From Tubiluchus corallicola (Eukaryota > Animalia > Priapulida), in assembly GCA_030141605.1 (NCBI GenBank), contig JAQGDQ010000051.1, positions 186,001 to 250,000 of the forward strand: 64,000 nt of DNA, read 5' to 3'. A program made the translations under genes and the position numbers. Positions 37,261 through 62,949 of the stretch are shown one piece after another (the first letter of the stretch is position 1; every line of letters begins with the position of its first letter). The notes below the pieces were generated by a model. It saw nothing but the letters and a program-made list of their open reading frames with translations, was not told where the DNA came from and searched no databases.

Positions 37261-40200
37261 AAGCATATAAACGCTAAACAAGCAAATGACATTGTAATTC
37301 ATCCTGTATTTATTGATAACCGTGAAATATACTATACAACTATTAAAAGATCAGACGTTTCGTCAATACTATATGCTGTCATCTAAAATCCCAGAGAAAA
37401 TAATAAATATAATCAACCACAATTAACATGCCAGTTTAAAACATGCAGTTTATATATTAAAAACATTTCCACAACGAAGCAGAAGTAAAAAACACTCCCA
37501 TTGTAAAAGCAATACATTGGTGATTAATGTCAGAATGCCAAGTGTTGAATGGCTGTATGTATTCGCTTTTATGCTTGTGTAAAACGACGTAATCAAGTGT
37601 GAACGCGTTCCACATATCATTAGTTTCCTTAAAAAAAAAGTAACGACAGATAGTACAGCAAACGAAGTATTACTGCACCAAAAGATCTTGTAGCACTTTT
37701 CCGGCCTCGGTCACTTCTAACTTGTGGTTAATTTCTATCACTTCTTCCACGAAAGCTAGTACTAATGAGTTACCTGGACTTAAACTGGTGAAAGACCTCC
37801 AGAGATAGTAAAACTCATAATACAGGGTGTAGAAAGAATAGGAACCTAGTGTCGATCTGCCTGCGACGATTTGTAGCATCTCTGTTCCCATTTAAGTAAA
37901 ATAGAGCTTCAGGAGTTGGGAAAATTCAGCAACTATGAACTATCCAGTAATACTAACTCACTTCAGAATCCTTATAGATTCATCACTTAAATTGCTCGAT
38001 GACGTCGACAGGTTATGAACATAGTCCGCATAAATAATCGCTGTGTCTTTGTAATCCTTATGCCCCCCTCTACAAAACAGAGGTTTCTAAAATTTGGTAC
38101 CTGAGAGTGGGTGGCTATTTTGGGACACATTTTGTTTACATTTTGCTTACGTTACCTGTGCGACAGTTTTAACTTAGTTCTACTTACAGTAAACGTAACT
38201 GTTGTCAACATACAAGCTTTTTGTTACTGTTATTATGTCATTTTCAAGTCCATAATTAGAAATATGCAAGCTTATACCTTAATAACGCTTTCTGTCATCT
38301 AGCAAAACTTCTGTTTCTAGCAACATATTAGCACTTTTCTAAACAGCTTACTAGCACAGATGTTCACTAATTAAAAAACACCAACAATAAAACAGTTTTC
38401 AAGTGAACTTTACCTAGACAGTCATGAGATCCCCCCCTTTCACACGACAGCTCTTCTTAAAATTAGCGTGCATGTCGTCATGATTCATGTGAGTAATTTC
38501 ACAAAACACGACAAAATCAACTTTAATTCATCATTCTACACTTTCCTAAAATATTGCGAAAACTTGTTATTATCAACGGATAATTAACCCATTCAATTAT
38601 TCTGGCTTGACTTTTTTAATTCCAACCACCTCTGATATAATTATTAGTGATATTTGCAATTGACTACGTGTGGCGGTTTCAGAAAACGTTATAACGCGCC
38701 GCGCTTTCTTCTAATCATTTACATTCAACATTTCAAGTTGCTCAAGGGCATCAAAGGGCCGTTCCATCGCGCGCCGTCCTCAATATTCTTCAAGGAGACC
38801 ACAAGAGCAAGAGAAAAGACCGAGAAAAACTACCCTCGGAAATGAAACGGCCAAAAATAGTTGTTAGTTGTCTGCTTAACAGGCAACTAAACATGTACTT
38901 GACAAATATTTCTACTTATATTCATCGCCCAATCACAAAATTGCCCATACTTGCCTTACCTGAAACACAACTGGCATCTTTACTCATAGATGATTTACGC
39001 AGCAATTTGCAACAGTTGCAATTTGACGATGAATACCAAAGTTCACCCACCACTGTTGGTATTTTTACTCGTCATCACTACATATAGTACATTATCTCAC
39101 GTTATTCCGCTCGCTTATAGTACAGAAGTCTATACGATTCATCTGTAGGCCTAACTGATGTATTTGATGAGAGTAGTCATTTTAACAGCGTTCATATAAA
39201 AAACTGAAGCCGTTCAAACGGATTAATTACTGTTCTTGTCACTGCTGTAGATAAGACCTTCTACCTAAACCTGGTGCGTCAGCTCTTTATTGTACCTCTG
39301 CTAGGCGTTATTGACAAATACTAGCGCATCTGGAATACACCTGCGCACTATGTAGCCTAGAATGATTTTATACTAAAGCAAAGCAATACATGTCATGTCT
39401 CATATCTATTATAACGTGAAAGGAAACTATTGTCAGCTAAGAAAATATATAGGCAGAAGGATTTGAAGTAGCGGATATATTTGAGTGGCAACAGCCGCAA
39501 CACTTCATAATATCTTCTTCTGATTAGATGTATGCGCATGCGTCGTACATGCAGAAGGTGTTTGCAATACTTGTGTCGCTATTGCTTAGCAATTACAGAA
39601 AAAGTAGTTTTTCTATTGACTTTAAACAGAGAGCGCTACAAGAAGTAGCAAATGTAATTATGCCTTATAGGCCATTTTTCTGTACGTTGAATGTCCGTTG
39701 CTGTTTTGTTGCCACCCATCCAACTAGTCAGCAAAGATAATATGGCTTCCCTATATAAAAGTTCCCTATATATGAACAACAGAACACACATTATACCATA
39801 ACTGACGTTTGTATTTCGTTTTTCTCACAGAATTAAAAAAATTCCTTAGATGTACATGATGCAATCCAGGGAAGAGAATTGATTATGTAACTTCAAACAG
39901 AAAATATGATTTATTTAACTTTGGCTTGCAAAATGTAACGAGTGATTCAGTGGCTTCTCACAAAGACTGAATGAAATGGGTGGGAAGAACCTGAGCGATT
40001 GTATTTTCTTCATCCACACGTTTGCTGGCCTAATCGAAAGGCAGTGAATAACTTAGTCAATAAATTGCGTTAACATTAAAGGCTCGCGTCTCGTGAGGTT
40101 ACGCGAAAGTCATTCACTTTACTCATTACGATTAGTTGGTAGGCCGTCTGTAGGCCTAGAGGGTAGAGAATGTTTAATGAAATTACTCTCTTTGAAGCTG

Positions 40201-40996
40201 GAGTACCTCATTTACAAGATCTGATTATGAGACAGAAGAGGTTTTTCCAGAAGTTTCATGCACGAACCAACAGTGAGATGTTTCATTGGCCAGAACCACA
40301 AATTTAGCTGAAGCGGCTGTTTCATTTATGGCAAGTTTTCTTCGTTTATTAGAGAGGGGGATCGCAAGGCGACTGACACAGCCAAATGGAAATTTGTTGA
40401 GGCGGCAGAGAATTCTACCCGTCGTCGCACGTGTTTGAAGTTTAGTCCGGGATAACGTTGCATTACGTTTATGAGAGTGGTGCATCTGAATTTCAAAGAA
40501 CTGCGTTTACCAGAATTAGATGTAGCACTCACCGAGAGGGCATTGAAGTTGGTAGATCGAGAACTACGGTGGAAAATAGACTACTTTGCTCATGTGGTCA
40601 AACACAAGACGCGTAGCATATTTTGCTAAGATATCACAGAACGAGACATTTGAGAATTGAGTTTAGTCTTAATAATGTTGGTAAGGTACACGAATTAATG
40701 AATGTGAAAGATCATAAAACCTTGCTTTTACTGTGCATTAAAAATACCAAGGGATACGAGATGCAATTTTGTAGTGAACGATAACTACCTAATGGTTTGA
40801 CTATGACTAGTTATTTTATTTGTATTTTTCAAACTTGTAATTATTATTTAAGTTTTGTTTTGGAACAGACGTTACTTACAGTGAACTTTTACAGACTATT
40901 TGTTTCACTCCAGATTTGTAACTTTCATGCAATTGCAGTTGTATTTACAGTTTGGTCGTGTGTTGACAAATGTCAATAGATATCTAATCCAAACTA

Positions 40997-41808
40997 CTAA
41001 TCTAATCTAATCTAATCTAATCTAATCTAATCTAATCTAATCTAATCTAATCTAATCTAATCTAATCTAATCTAATCTAATCTAATCTAATCTAATCTAA
41101 TCTAATCTAATCTAATCTAATCTAATCTAATCTAATCTAATCTAATCTAATCTAATCTAATCTAATCTAATCTAATCTAATCTAATCTAATCTAATCTAA
41201 TCTAATCTAAGCTAAGCTAAGCTAAGCTAAGCTAAGCTAAGCTAAGCTAAGCTAAGCTAAGCTAAGCTAAGCTAAGCTAAGCTAAGCTAAGCTAAGCCAA
41301 GCCAAGCCAAGCCAAGCTAAGCTAAGCTAAGCTAAGCTAAGCTAAGCTAAGCTAAGCTAAGCTAAGCTAAGCTAAGCTAAGCTAAGCTAAGCTAAGCTAA
41401 TCTAATCTAATCTAATCTAATCTAATCGAATCGAATCGAATCGAATCGAATCTAATCTAATCTAGTCCAATCTAATCTAATCAAATCTAATCTAGTCTAG
41501 TCTAGTCTAGTCTAGTTTAGTTTAGTCTAGTCTAGTCTAGTCTAGTCTAGGCTAGTCTAGTCTAGTCTAGTCTAGGCTAGTCTAGTCTAGTCTAGTCTAG
41601 TCTAATCTAATCTAATCTAATCTAATCTAATCTAATCTAATCTAATCTAATCTAATCAAATCTAATCTAATCTAATCTAATCTAATCTAATCTAATCTAA
41701 TCTAATCTAATCTAATCTAATCTAATCTAATCTAATCTAATCTAATCTAATCTAATCTAATCTAATCTAATCTAATCTAATCTAATCTAATCTAATCTAA
41801 TCTAATCT
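40997..41808 (+). repeat. ~810-bp compound pentanucleotide array (TCTAA)n-(GCTAA)n-(GCCAA)-(TCGAA)-(TCTAG)n-(TCTAA)n
   Basis: Directly visible, with the 5-bp phase kept throughout. Confidence 0.97.
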
Positions 41809-44366
41809 ATATGTGCTGAGAGTAAGTCCTCTCTTCAGCGAAAGATTTTACTTATCTAGTGTGATATTTAACAGGAGTTTTAGAGCCAGCTTGCTATTCA
41901 CTATATTAAGAAACTTAAATAAATATTTCTTCATAATTTTTTTTCTGATAACAAAAAAATACATAGCTCAGCGTGCCACTTCCTTGATGTTCAGATACGT
42001 TTTACAAATGTACCACTTGGTAAAACCACTTCTGCTCTTAAGAAGTTTGTAAAGTCTGATGAACTATCGCTGACTGAATCATTTTGTAAAGAAAACCTTT
42101 GATTTATTTAAAAAATGCTCATGTGAACTCTAAAATGAAAGGAGATGTGGCACTTTATGTTTCTCATTTTGGCAGACTTTTTCTGGTTTACAACTATGGA
42201 ATTATTTAAAATTTTACACCACACTGAGGCAGCTATGCTACTAGAGTTGTTAAGGTTCGTTATGTAACAAAAGAGTTAATATGTAACAATAAAACATTAC
42301 CTAACAAAAATGCTGCAATGTGTAAGAAGTAACAAAATTTGTCATTATGTAAAAAAGTAAACGTCATGATGTAACAATTATTACGTAAGAATTTTTACGT
42401 GATTGCATAACAATCATTATGTAACAAAAATGATACATGATGTATCAATTTAAATAAGATGAGTTATTGTTTATATCAAGGCGGTTTGGTCTTGTAACTG
42501 TCTGCAAATTCTAAGAAACTTTTCTAAAATATGTATCTTTCATTTTTATTTATCTTCAGACATATGCAGAAAATTACTCATTTTATAAAAGATGGAGACC
42601 AACAGGCTTGCATAACTCTCCAATAATAATAACGCTGGTCCAATAACAAATTAACACGCTTTAATAAAACACAAAGGTCTACTTGTATAGAATATATTTG
42701 TCAGTTTTAAATAAAAGCATACAAAATTCAATGTGTCCATTTTGTACATTTGCGTATGACAAAGGAAAAGAATATTAGTAAAGGTTCAGCATTAAGACTA
42801 AAAGTTCAAAATTATTCTTCCCGGATCCCGTAGCTGGTTAGTGTGAGTTAATTCATCAAAATTCATCAATTAATTAATGACATTATTTGATTTTTTGTAC
42901 ACCATTAATTTTTTGTGATATACGTTGCATTTGACTTCTAAAGTTTGCAGCTGTTGTAAATGTAATTTATACAAATATGTCATGAAAACACGAATTTTAC
43001 TTCGATCTTATAATTAGAGAATTCTTTTGACAGGTAAATTAATAAACAGCTCATTGTGGAAACAGTGAGAACAGAAATGACCCCAAAACACAACCCTGAG
43101 CAATACCAGATATTACGTGGCAATAATCAGAAGACAATATTCATGTGTACTTATAGCTATAAAATTGTATAACAGAAAAAACTTAAAGGAAAAGACAAAT
43201 TACTTGTTATGTTGGGTTTACTTTACTGTTATCACTTAAACTTAGAAAAATGTAACAAAGAAATTTGCCCAGAAACTACCTAAAAAGCATAAAAGTAATT
43301 TATACTACTGCTGTAAAGAAATTTTCAGACGCGGTGGTAGCCGCCGTTCACTTGAAAATTATGACGTAACTGGTGGATTTCGTAGTTTTTCGTAAACGCA
43401 CCGTGGCTCTCTGTAAACGCGCACTGCATTGACTAGTTACAACTTCTGTAGCTTACCTAATGTTCATGCAAAAATACCACAAAATTAGCTTTCCAATTTT
43501 TTGTAAAAACTTATTATACTTTTGACAGAAATTGATAGTGCGTTGCTTTTCTTCACCCGTTGAACGTCGTCGTTGCTGGAAGAATGGACGCTCAAAATTG
43601 GAGCGAGACGAGCGTGAAATGATCGCGACTTTAAAGTGACTTTACTAATCACTATTATCACACTTTTAGTACTAAATCAGTCTAACATTTTTAGTGAACA
43701 TTGAAATAAGCCTAACGGCCCAGAAGGCTTGGCTTTTCATTTAATGAGTAATTTAAATAATTACCATCTCTAGCCACGATTTTACTAATCGGGTGACGTA
43801 GGTGTTATTTAATCTCAAGATACCCAAAACTCTCGAAGGTAGAATCAAGGAAAATTTTTTCTCTATTTTTTTTACTTAACGATTTGGTTAGGAGGACCGT
43901 ACTCACCATAAAAACAATCAATATTTGAGAGATAGTCAGATAAAATAATCGCAAATTTAGTTTTTTCTTCTCTAATGATGTGGTCTCAGAAATTTCGGAA
44001 ACTCATCACAAATGCGTTCACAATAAACACCTGAGAGTGAAACTTAGCTGAAAACACAGCAGCTCAGTACTTACAAATACATTGTGTGTATATACATAAT
44101 ATGTATGACAGTCAGTTTGGTGTTGAATTACTGTTGAAAAAAAAATCACAATAAGTAAATTTGATACAGTGAGTACACAACTAGTGTTCTGCAATCAGAA
44201 TAATATAGATACATGTAATGGCTATTATAATATAATATAGATACATGTAATGGCTATTATAATGGCATGGTAGTAAAAATAATGACAGAAAAAAATGAGT
44301 GAGTTACAAGTTAAAAAAAAAATCACGACATTGACGATTTAAATGAACAATCTTATGATAAAAAAT

Positions 44367-55940
<11,574 letters not shown>

Positions 55941-56989
55941 GATTCCAATAATAAACGGTTGTTTTGCAATACACAGGAAACTGCTCCGGATGCTCTGCCA
56001 TTTGTGCAATATATGCGCATCCTGCTGCCTAAACTATTTGCACAAATATGAGATGAATGTGTCATAATTGTACAATGTTCTGCCTACTGGTTATACTAAG
56101 TGAACACTATTTTAGGGCGAAAAAATACTTAATAATTTTATTTAAGAAAATAAAAATTAAGAAACCACAAAATATCACTAAAACTATGTTTTTTTGGATT
56201 TTAAAACATGATACTGAAAAGGCAAAGACTATACAACATGGTTTTCTCTGCTTTAAATATTCCGTGCCTTTTAAGTGACACTCGCTGTAGGTATAAAAAT
56301 TAGTTTTGAGTGACCTTTTGTGATGCCTCATTTTATTTTATTTTTGTACTTTCATTTTTCACGTGAAATGGTAAAAGGTCTAGTGTACTGTATTAATTGA
56401 ACTCATTACCTTCTAGCCTGGATGAGGTTTGTTTCCCAAGCTTTTTAATGTGGTATAATGTAAGAACAGTGCATCTTTTTTCATTAATATGTTTTATTGA
56501 TTATTTTTCACCTATAATGTGGCCTTTGGTGAACAGCGAAGTTGATTTAAAGACATCAGGCAAGATACAAAATAAACTTTACAAGATTCTGCTAGAAACA
56601 ATGCACAACAAAATGTGACTGCATGATCTAAGAAATACATTTCCTTGCTTAATCTACCAGTATTCCTGATAAATTTATGAACTACTCTGAAAAGCGAAAT
56701 ATTTTGGTCATAGTTTAACAAAGGACTACCGTTTAAAAGAAGAAAAATTAAAGACTCAGCGTCATTAATTGATATTACGTTATTTTGAAATATGGCTCAT
56801 AAGCTTTGTACAAGTTGCTCTCTATTTGTTTTATAAAGAGCTAGGACATTCGAGCATTAAGTAGACGATGGATTGAGTAACAAAATATCACAAACATTTT
56901 CTATCCACAGTATTGCCATACTGATCTTTACAATTATGCATATTCAAATGTTAGTTTAACTGTGAAAAAGCCTAATCGAAGACGAGTGT

Positions 56990-59900
56990 CATGAATACAT
57001 GCAAGAATAATACAATAAGTTACATGCTTAGGTCTATCAATAAATCCAAGTAAGTTACAGAGGCTGCATCTAAAACTACTAATGGCTGAAGAATTCTTCA
57101 CATGTAATGACGGTTAGCTGGCGTAGACGGGAAAAATGAGTTACGAAAATAATGACAACATGTTTGAAACATAGAAAAATCATCACGATTTCTTAGGTAA
57201 TAAGCAGTTAAATCTCTATTACAATAGGGTAGTAACTCGCACGAATAAGATGGACATAAGTGGTTTACAATTTTATAAGATGTTGAAAGCTTGTAGAGAA
57301 ATCGTCATTTTGAGAGTGGATCAAGGCCGTTGTCGCACAATAATTTTATTATATACGAGCATTTAATGGCTTTGGAGCAAATATAGGCGGCGCGTTTTCA
57401 AGTGCGTCAGAAAGTTATGATGGAATGTTACACCAAATCACATCAGAATATTCAAGTATTGGACGAACCATACTTTTATAAAGTTTTTTAAAACTATTCG
57501 CGGTGCTAAATGTGAAATTTTATTTAGTACGTCTAAACGTTTGTGAGCTTTTAAGTGAAATAAGTGAATGACGGATATGGGTGTGAAATTTTAGATTTGA
57601 CTGTAGTGTAGGCATAAATGTTTATGAATGCTAACTGTTTTTAGAGCAATGTTACTAAGATAAAGTGTTAGTTGAACAGGCGGATTATTTCTAGAATAAG
57701 AAAAGAATAACTTCAGTTTTGTTGGGATTGAATGTGGCATTCCCTCGAGTTGCCCACTGCAGTATTGTTGTTAGATCCGAGTTTAAGTGCATGGCACATA
57801 TGGTAGGATCGTACATAATTTCAGTTAAAGAGGTTTCGTTTGCAAAAAGTCGTATATCTTATGTTTAACATGACTTATGTTTCAGTTATATCATCAATGA
57901 ACGCCAGAAATAAAATGGGGCCAAGAATGGAACCCAAAGGGACGCCAGCATTTGTTGAACAATAGACAGGATATTTGCCATTTAAGATGACTCTTTGGTA
58001 GCGATTTGACAGATAAGATTCGAGCCATTTTAATAGTGTCCCACCAATACCTAGTTGGTTACGTTTAAATACCAAATCCGCATGCCACACTTTGTCGAAT
58101 GTTTTAGAAATGCCTACGTAAACAGCTCTAGCATCAAAATCATTATCGAGAGCTTGATAAATTTTATGTTAAATATAAATAAGTTGGTAAATTGTCCCGT
58201 CACTGGGTTTAAAACTAGAATTTCTAAAACTCAATAGTTGGTTATCTATTATGCATAGTTATATAAATGTCTATAAACGATTCTTTCAGAAACTTTCGGT
58301 AAGCAGGATAAGAGAGATAAGGGTCCGTAATTATTTTTAGCAGGCGGTCGCCTTTTTTAAAATTGGGCGCACACTGGCCTTTCCCCAAATTTGCGGAAAT
58401 GTTCAGTGATTATAATAGAGGTGTTGCTAATGTGATGAAGCGGTTTTCTTTAGAATTAGACTACTAATACAATCGTCCTCTGAAGACTTCAAACCAACAA
58501 GACTTAAGAGAATGATAACAGAATCTCACGAACCTCAGAAGGTGATGCAGTCAAATTTGACAAACGAGCATCAGTTTTGTAGAAAAACTGTGGCAATTCG
58601 TTCACCGGATTTAGGTTGATTGCTCACAGAAGAACTTGTTTAATATAGTTGCTTTATCTTTGTCGAGAGTTATGAGTTCGTTCCCTTCTCTGAGTGGTGG
58701 AACTCCAGCATAATTCTTTTTTCCGTAAACAGACTTTGTAAGTTTCCACAGGTTTTACTGGTAGTACTTGGGTCAGACTAACTATTTGCTATTTTTTCAT
58801 AGTACCTACGTTTACTTTCAGAGCAAGCTTTATTAAACTCATTTCGTGACTTCTTAAAAATTTCTCTTGTGAAATCATTAAAATATTTTTATATTTTAAC
58901 TACTTTATATGTTTTTCTTGCGCAATTTACGACAATACGTGTCAAACCAAGGCTTAGCCCTCGGTCTCACGGTAACTATTTTTGAAGGGACGAACGTCAT
59001 TATTAATGATTGAAGCAAAACATTCGTCGATGTTGTGTAACGTTTCGAGTAAGCTCCAGTCTGAATTTAGGATAACATTGTTAATATTTGGCCATTAGGC
59101 TTGATCGTAACAGTAGATCTTTCTTTTATAAGTTGTCGGTAAAGATACTTCTAAAGCATTCGACAAAGTACGGGACAATGATCACAATTTGCAAATACAG
59201 CAAGTGTTACACATTCATTGAAATGACGGGCTAGTCAGTGATAACTAAATCGAGTATTGAACAAGATATTTCAGTCACTCTAGTAGGTTCACTTACCAGC
59301 TGGGTTAACTTATTATTTATCACAAACTGGTATAATTTATTTCCAGCAAAATTGTCGCCTCCTGAATTGTACCATGAACTGTTTCTAGCATTAAAGTCGC
59401 CGACAAAAATAAATGAATATTTGTCAGAAAAAAGGGTAAAAATTGTAAGATGTTGTCATATGAAAGCTGGTATAACTTATACCACTTTTTTACCACTTTT
59501 GTAAGTTTTATCCATCACTGATCTGTATCTCTTCTTCGTCTCATAATCGTGTTTCGTTAAGTCCTCACAGAAACGCGCCGGACTCTCGAGCATGTTCCTT
59601 GACTTGGCGATGAGTTCACGTTTCTTTATACGATTATACAGACGAACTATAATTGGTCTCGGAGTAGAAGGTGCTTTCAGCGATAAGCCACCTCAGCAAT
59701 AGGTTCAGGAACAGAAACTTCAATTTTAGCTTTAAATAATTCACACACTACTTTAAAAGCGTTTTCGACATCAGTTTCAGGTAATCCTATGATCTTTAGA
59801 TTGTACTGTCTAGAGTGACGTTCAAGTTTCAATACAGATGATTCCAATTTGCCAACCTTGTCCTCTTTCACGACGTTAGCCATTTCTCTCTCCACTGCAT

Positions 59901-60245
59901 TTTGGATTCTACGACATTCACACGTTAAGTGACAAGGTTCAAATATTCTTTAATTCTCTTGATTTGTTGCAATACTTCCATGAGCGATTCGCTAGTGACG
60001 TCTTTATCTGCACTTGAACGGGTAGATATTTTGCTAGAAGACGGCATAACTTTATGTCAAGTAAACATCAAGTGAACGAAAAGAAAACTGGTCTCAAATC
60101 AGGACATTCGCACCAGTTAGGCTTAGTTTGTTATAAAAAGTTCTAAAAGTTTAGCACATTTTAGATACAGCGTTTCAAAATGTCAGGAGCTTGTAAACAG
60201 TTACGCAGGAGTAGCACGAGAAGCCAACCTGCTTGCTCGCTGCCT
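56990..60245 (-). mobile_element. Near-full-length decayed CR1/L2-group LINE (ORF1 + APE-RT ORF2)
   Basis: ORF1 from ATG ~60047 (MPSSSKISTRSS..., LERHSRQYNLKIIGLPE). ORF2 remnants VGDFNA, LDLVIT, NYGPLSLLSCLPKVSE, ISKTFDKVWH, GVPLGSILGPILFL, LFANET, FNPNKTE, YKSMVRPILEYSDVIW. Many stops and frameshifts. Confidence 0.9.
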
Positions 60246-60314
60246 ATACACACAACAGTGTATCTCTCAGCAAGTATTTCTTTTGTAATAAATACAAATA
60301 CTGATTGATTAATC

Positions 60315-60910
60315 TATTGCCATCTATTGTGATTTTCCGAAGGCATTTGATAGCGTTTGGGAAAAAGACTCATTCGGTAGCTTGTTCATACTGGCTTTCA
60401 TGGATCCTTGCTAGACCTTATAGAATTTTTTTTAACAAATCAAAGCATTCGTATTACAGTTAACAACTTTACACCTAGGGAATAAGTCTGCAATACTGGC
60501 TTACCACAAGGCTCCGGGTTTCACCGGTGCTATTTTACTCTTATGTTAGCTGACGTGTTTACAAATATTGGATGTGTCCAATAACATACGGACATGTAAA
60601 TTTAAGTATGCAGATGATGGGTCTCTGGTGATCTCTGCAGATTCAAAATATGAATGTTATTGACAGCAAAAATGCCGTGATAAAATTTTCCAATGGTGTA
60701 AACGATGGCGACTATCTGAAAACTGCGGCCCTAACAAGACAGAAGCTACAATATTCAGGCCAGCTAAAACGCTAATGGAACCTGACCCACCCAATCTTTA
60801 TTTTGGTCACAGAAAATAGCTTATGTAACACAAAGCAAAGTTTTAGGTATGATCATTGAAGAGAAACTGGATTTTAATTCTCATGTCAAAGAAATGCGAA
60901 GTCGAACTTA
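60315..60910 (+). mobile_element. Second decayed LINE reverse-transcriptase fragment (opposite orientation)
   Basis: DFPKAFDSVW, NTGLPQGS, KYADDG, NKTEA and KVLGMIIEEKLDFNSHVKE in broken frames. Confidence 0.85.
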
Positions 60911-61507
60911 GAGTGCAAAATGAAAAAGAGACACCAACAAGTGAGATATATATTTCCTATCGAGACAAAAATGCTTGTTGTGCACTTGTAAATGTTGTTA
61001 AAGATTTGATATCTAATGATTGATTACTAATTTTTGATTAGATATAAATGAGACTGGAAATGCAGTTTATATTTAAATTAATCATAATATTTAATTATAG
61101 CTGTGTGAATGACGTTTGACTTATAAGTCACTATCTGTATGTAATTTGTTCAGTATCATTTCTTATTAATCATCCAATCACAATGTAAATTTAGGCGATT
61201 TTCTTAATTGTGTTTTATTTTCTTATTTATATAATTTTGTTTACTCTGCATTAACTTTGTAGTCGCAATTCTAAGTGCGTAAATGTGTATATTAGTAAAA
61301 AAATTTCCCTGCTGATAGAGAGGCTGTATTATTATTGTTTATAATAGTGCAAAATAAAGATTTATTTATTTATTTTATTTAATATAAAAAACTGCAATAA
61401 AGCCTTTCAGTGTAAACTTCGGTACTTGTAAACGTAAAAATTCTTGCTACTTCCTGCATCTTGTAAAGAATCAAGTATGTTGGAAAAACCATAATTGCAG
61501 TAGTGTT

Positions 61508-61595
61508 TGCGTTGAACACTCTGTTTACTGTGTGCGTTATCGATCATCGGTGGTCAAGTAGAACGGTGTCAGGTAGCGCAGTGATTGATCGATCA
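61508..61595 (+). mobile_element. Possible 5S rRNA-derived SINE head (SINE3-like)
   Basis: GCGTTGAACACTCTGTTT...CGATCATCGGTGGTCAAGTAGAACGGTGTCAGGTAG...GATCGATC is collinear by eye with invertebrate 5S rRNA (ACGTTGAAAACACCGGTT..CGATCACCGAAGTTAAGCAAC...); weak. Confidence 0.3.
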
Positions 61596-61832
61596 ATTTA
61601 GGCAGTGGCCAGTTCGGCAGCGAACACTTGGGCAGTAAACATTTGGGGGGGGGGCAGTAGGACATTTGGCCAGTGCAAGTTTGTGCAGTGGCACATAGCA
61701 GCAGACACTAGGGTCAATGGACATTTGTTCAGCGAACATTGAACATTTGGACTGTGATTCCTGGACTATGGACACAATGAATAGCACAAGTGCCAAAATG
61801 TTTGTGCAAGGGACACTATTAGCTGCTTCTAT

Positions 61833-62915
61833 TTGCCTACCTATCCACCTACCTTCTTAGCTACCTACCTATCTACATACCTGCCTGCCTACCTGCCTAC
61901 CTACCTACCAACTCATCTACCTATTTCTATCTAGCAACCTATGTAAACTTATTTACCTACCTATTTATCTAGCTAGCTATGTCACCTAGTTACTTATTCA
62001 CACTACTTGCCTACCTATTTACTTGCCCACCGTCCTACCCACCTTGCCTACTCACCTAGCAACTTATCTGCTTACCGAGCTATCTATCTACCTACTCACC
62101 TATTGCCTACCTACTTACCTACCGACTACCTACCTACCTACCTACCTACCTACCTACCTACCTACCTCTCTACCTACCTGCCTACCTGCTTGCATGCTTA
62201 TCTACTCTCCTATCTAACTACTTAAATACCTACCTACCTACCTCCTTACTTACTTACCTACCCATCTATCTAACTAGCATGACTGCCTGACTAGCTGTCT
62301 AACTAACTAACTACCTCTACGTAACTAATTATAAAATTATTGTGAAAATAACTGCCTAATTGTAAAAATTAACAATTGTGTGCTTACTTATTTACTTGCT
62401 CACTCACTCACTCACTCACTCACTCACTCACTCACTCACTCACTCACTCACTCACTCACTCACTCACTCACTCACTCACTCACTCACTCACTCACTCACT
62501 CACTCACTCACTTATTCACTCACTCACTCACTCACTCACTCACTCACTCACCCATTCACTCACTTGTTTGCTTACTGATTTACAATAGAACAGAGCAGTA
62601 TACAGTATAAAACGGCACGGAATATCGGAATGGAAGGTAACAGAACAGAGTGTTCATACCTCATTGTATCCAAAATCCTTATGTCATTATGTCATGCCTC
62701 TAAACAGTTTTAGTTAGGTGAGTTGGCAAGCAGGTAGATATGTAGGTACGAGTTAGGTAAGTTGTTGGATGAGTAAGTAGGTAGGTATATAGGCAGGTAA
62801 GTAGGTAAGTAATAGGCAGGTAGGTAGGTAGGAAGGGAAGGAGGGAGGGAGGTAGACAGGTAGATAGGTAGCTCTGTAAGTAAGCAGGTGCTAGGTAGGT
62901 AGGTAGGGCAAGTAC
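61833..62915. repeat. Tetranucleotide satellite block: degenerate (CCTA)n, pure (CACT)n (62398-62562), then degenerate (TAGG)n
   Basis: Directly visible; explains the PTYL and THSL ORFs. Confidence 0.92.
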
Positions 62916-62949
62916 ATGGCAGTTTGAGGGAAAGAAAGAAAGAGGAGAG

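Noticed and set aside
37670-38070. Minus-strand coding-like remnant (FVEEVIEINHKLEV...)
   Set aside because: Interrupted by stops; no family recognised.
40200-40620. Coding-like GC-richer segment
   Set aside because: Broken frames, no assignable motif.
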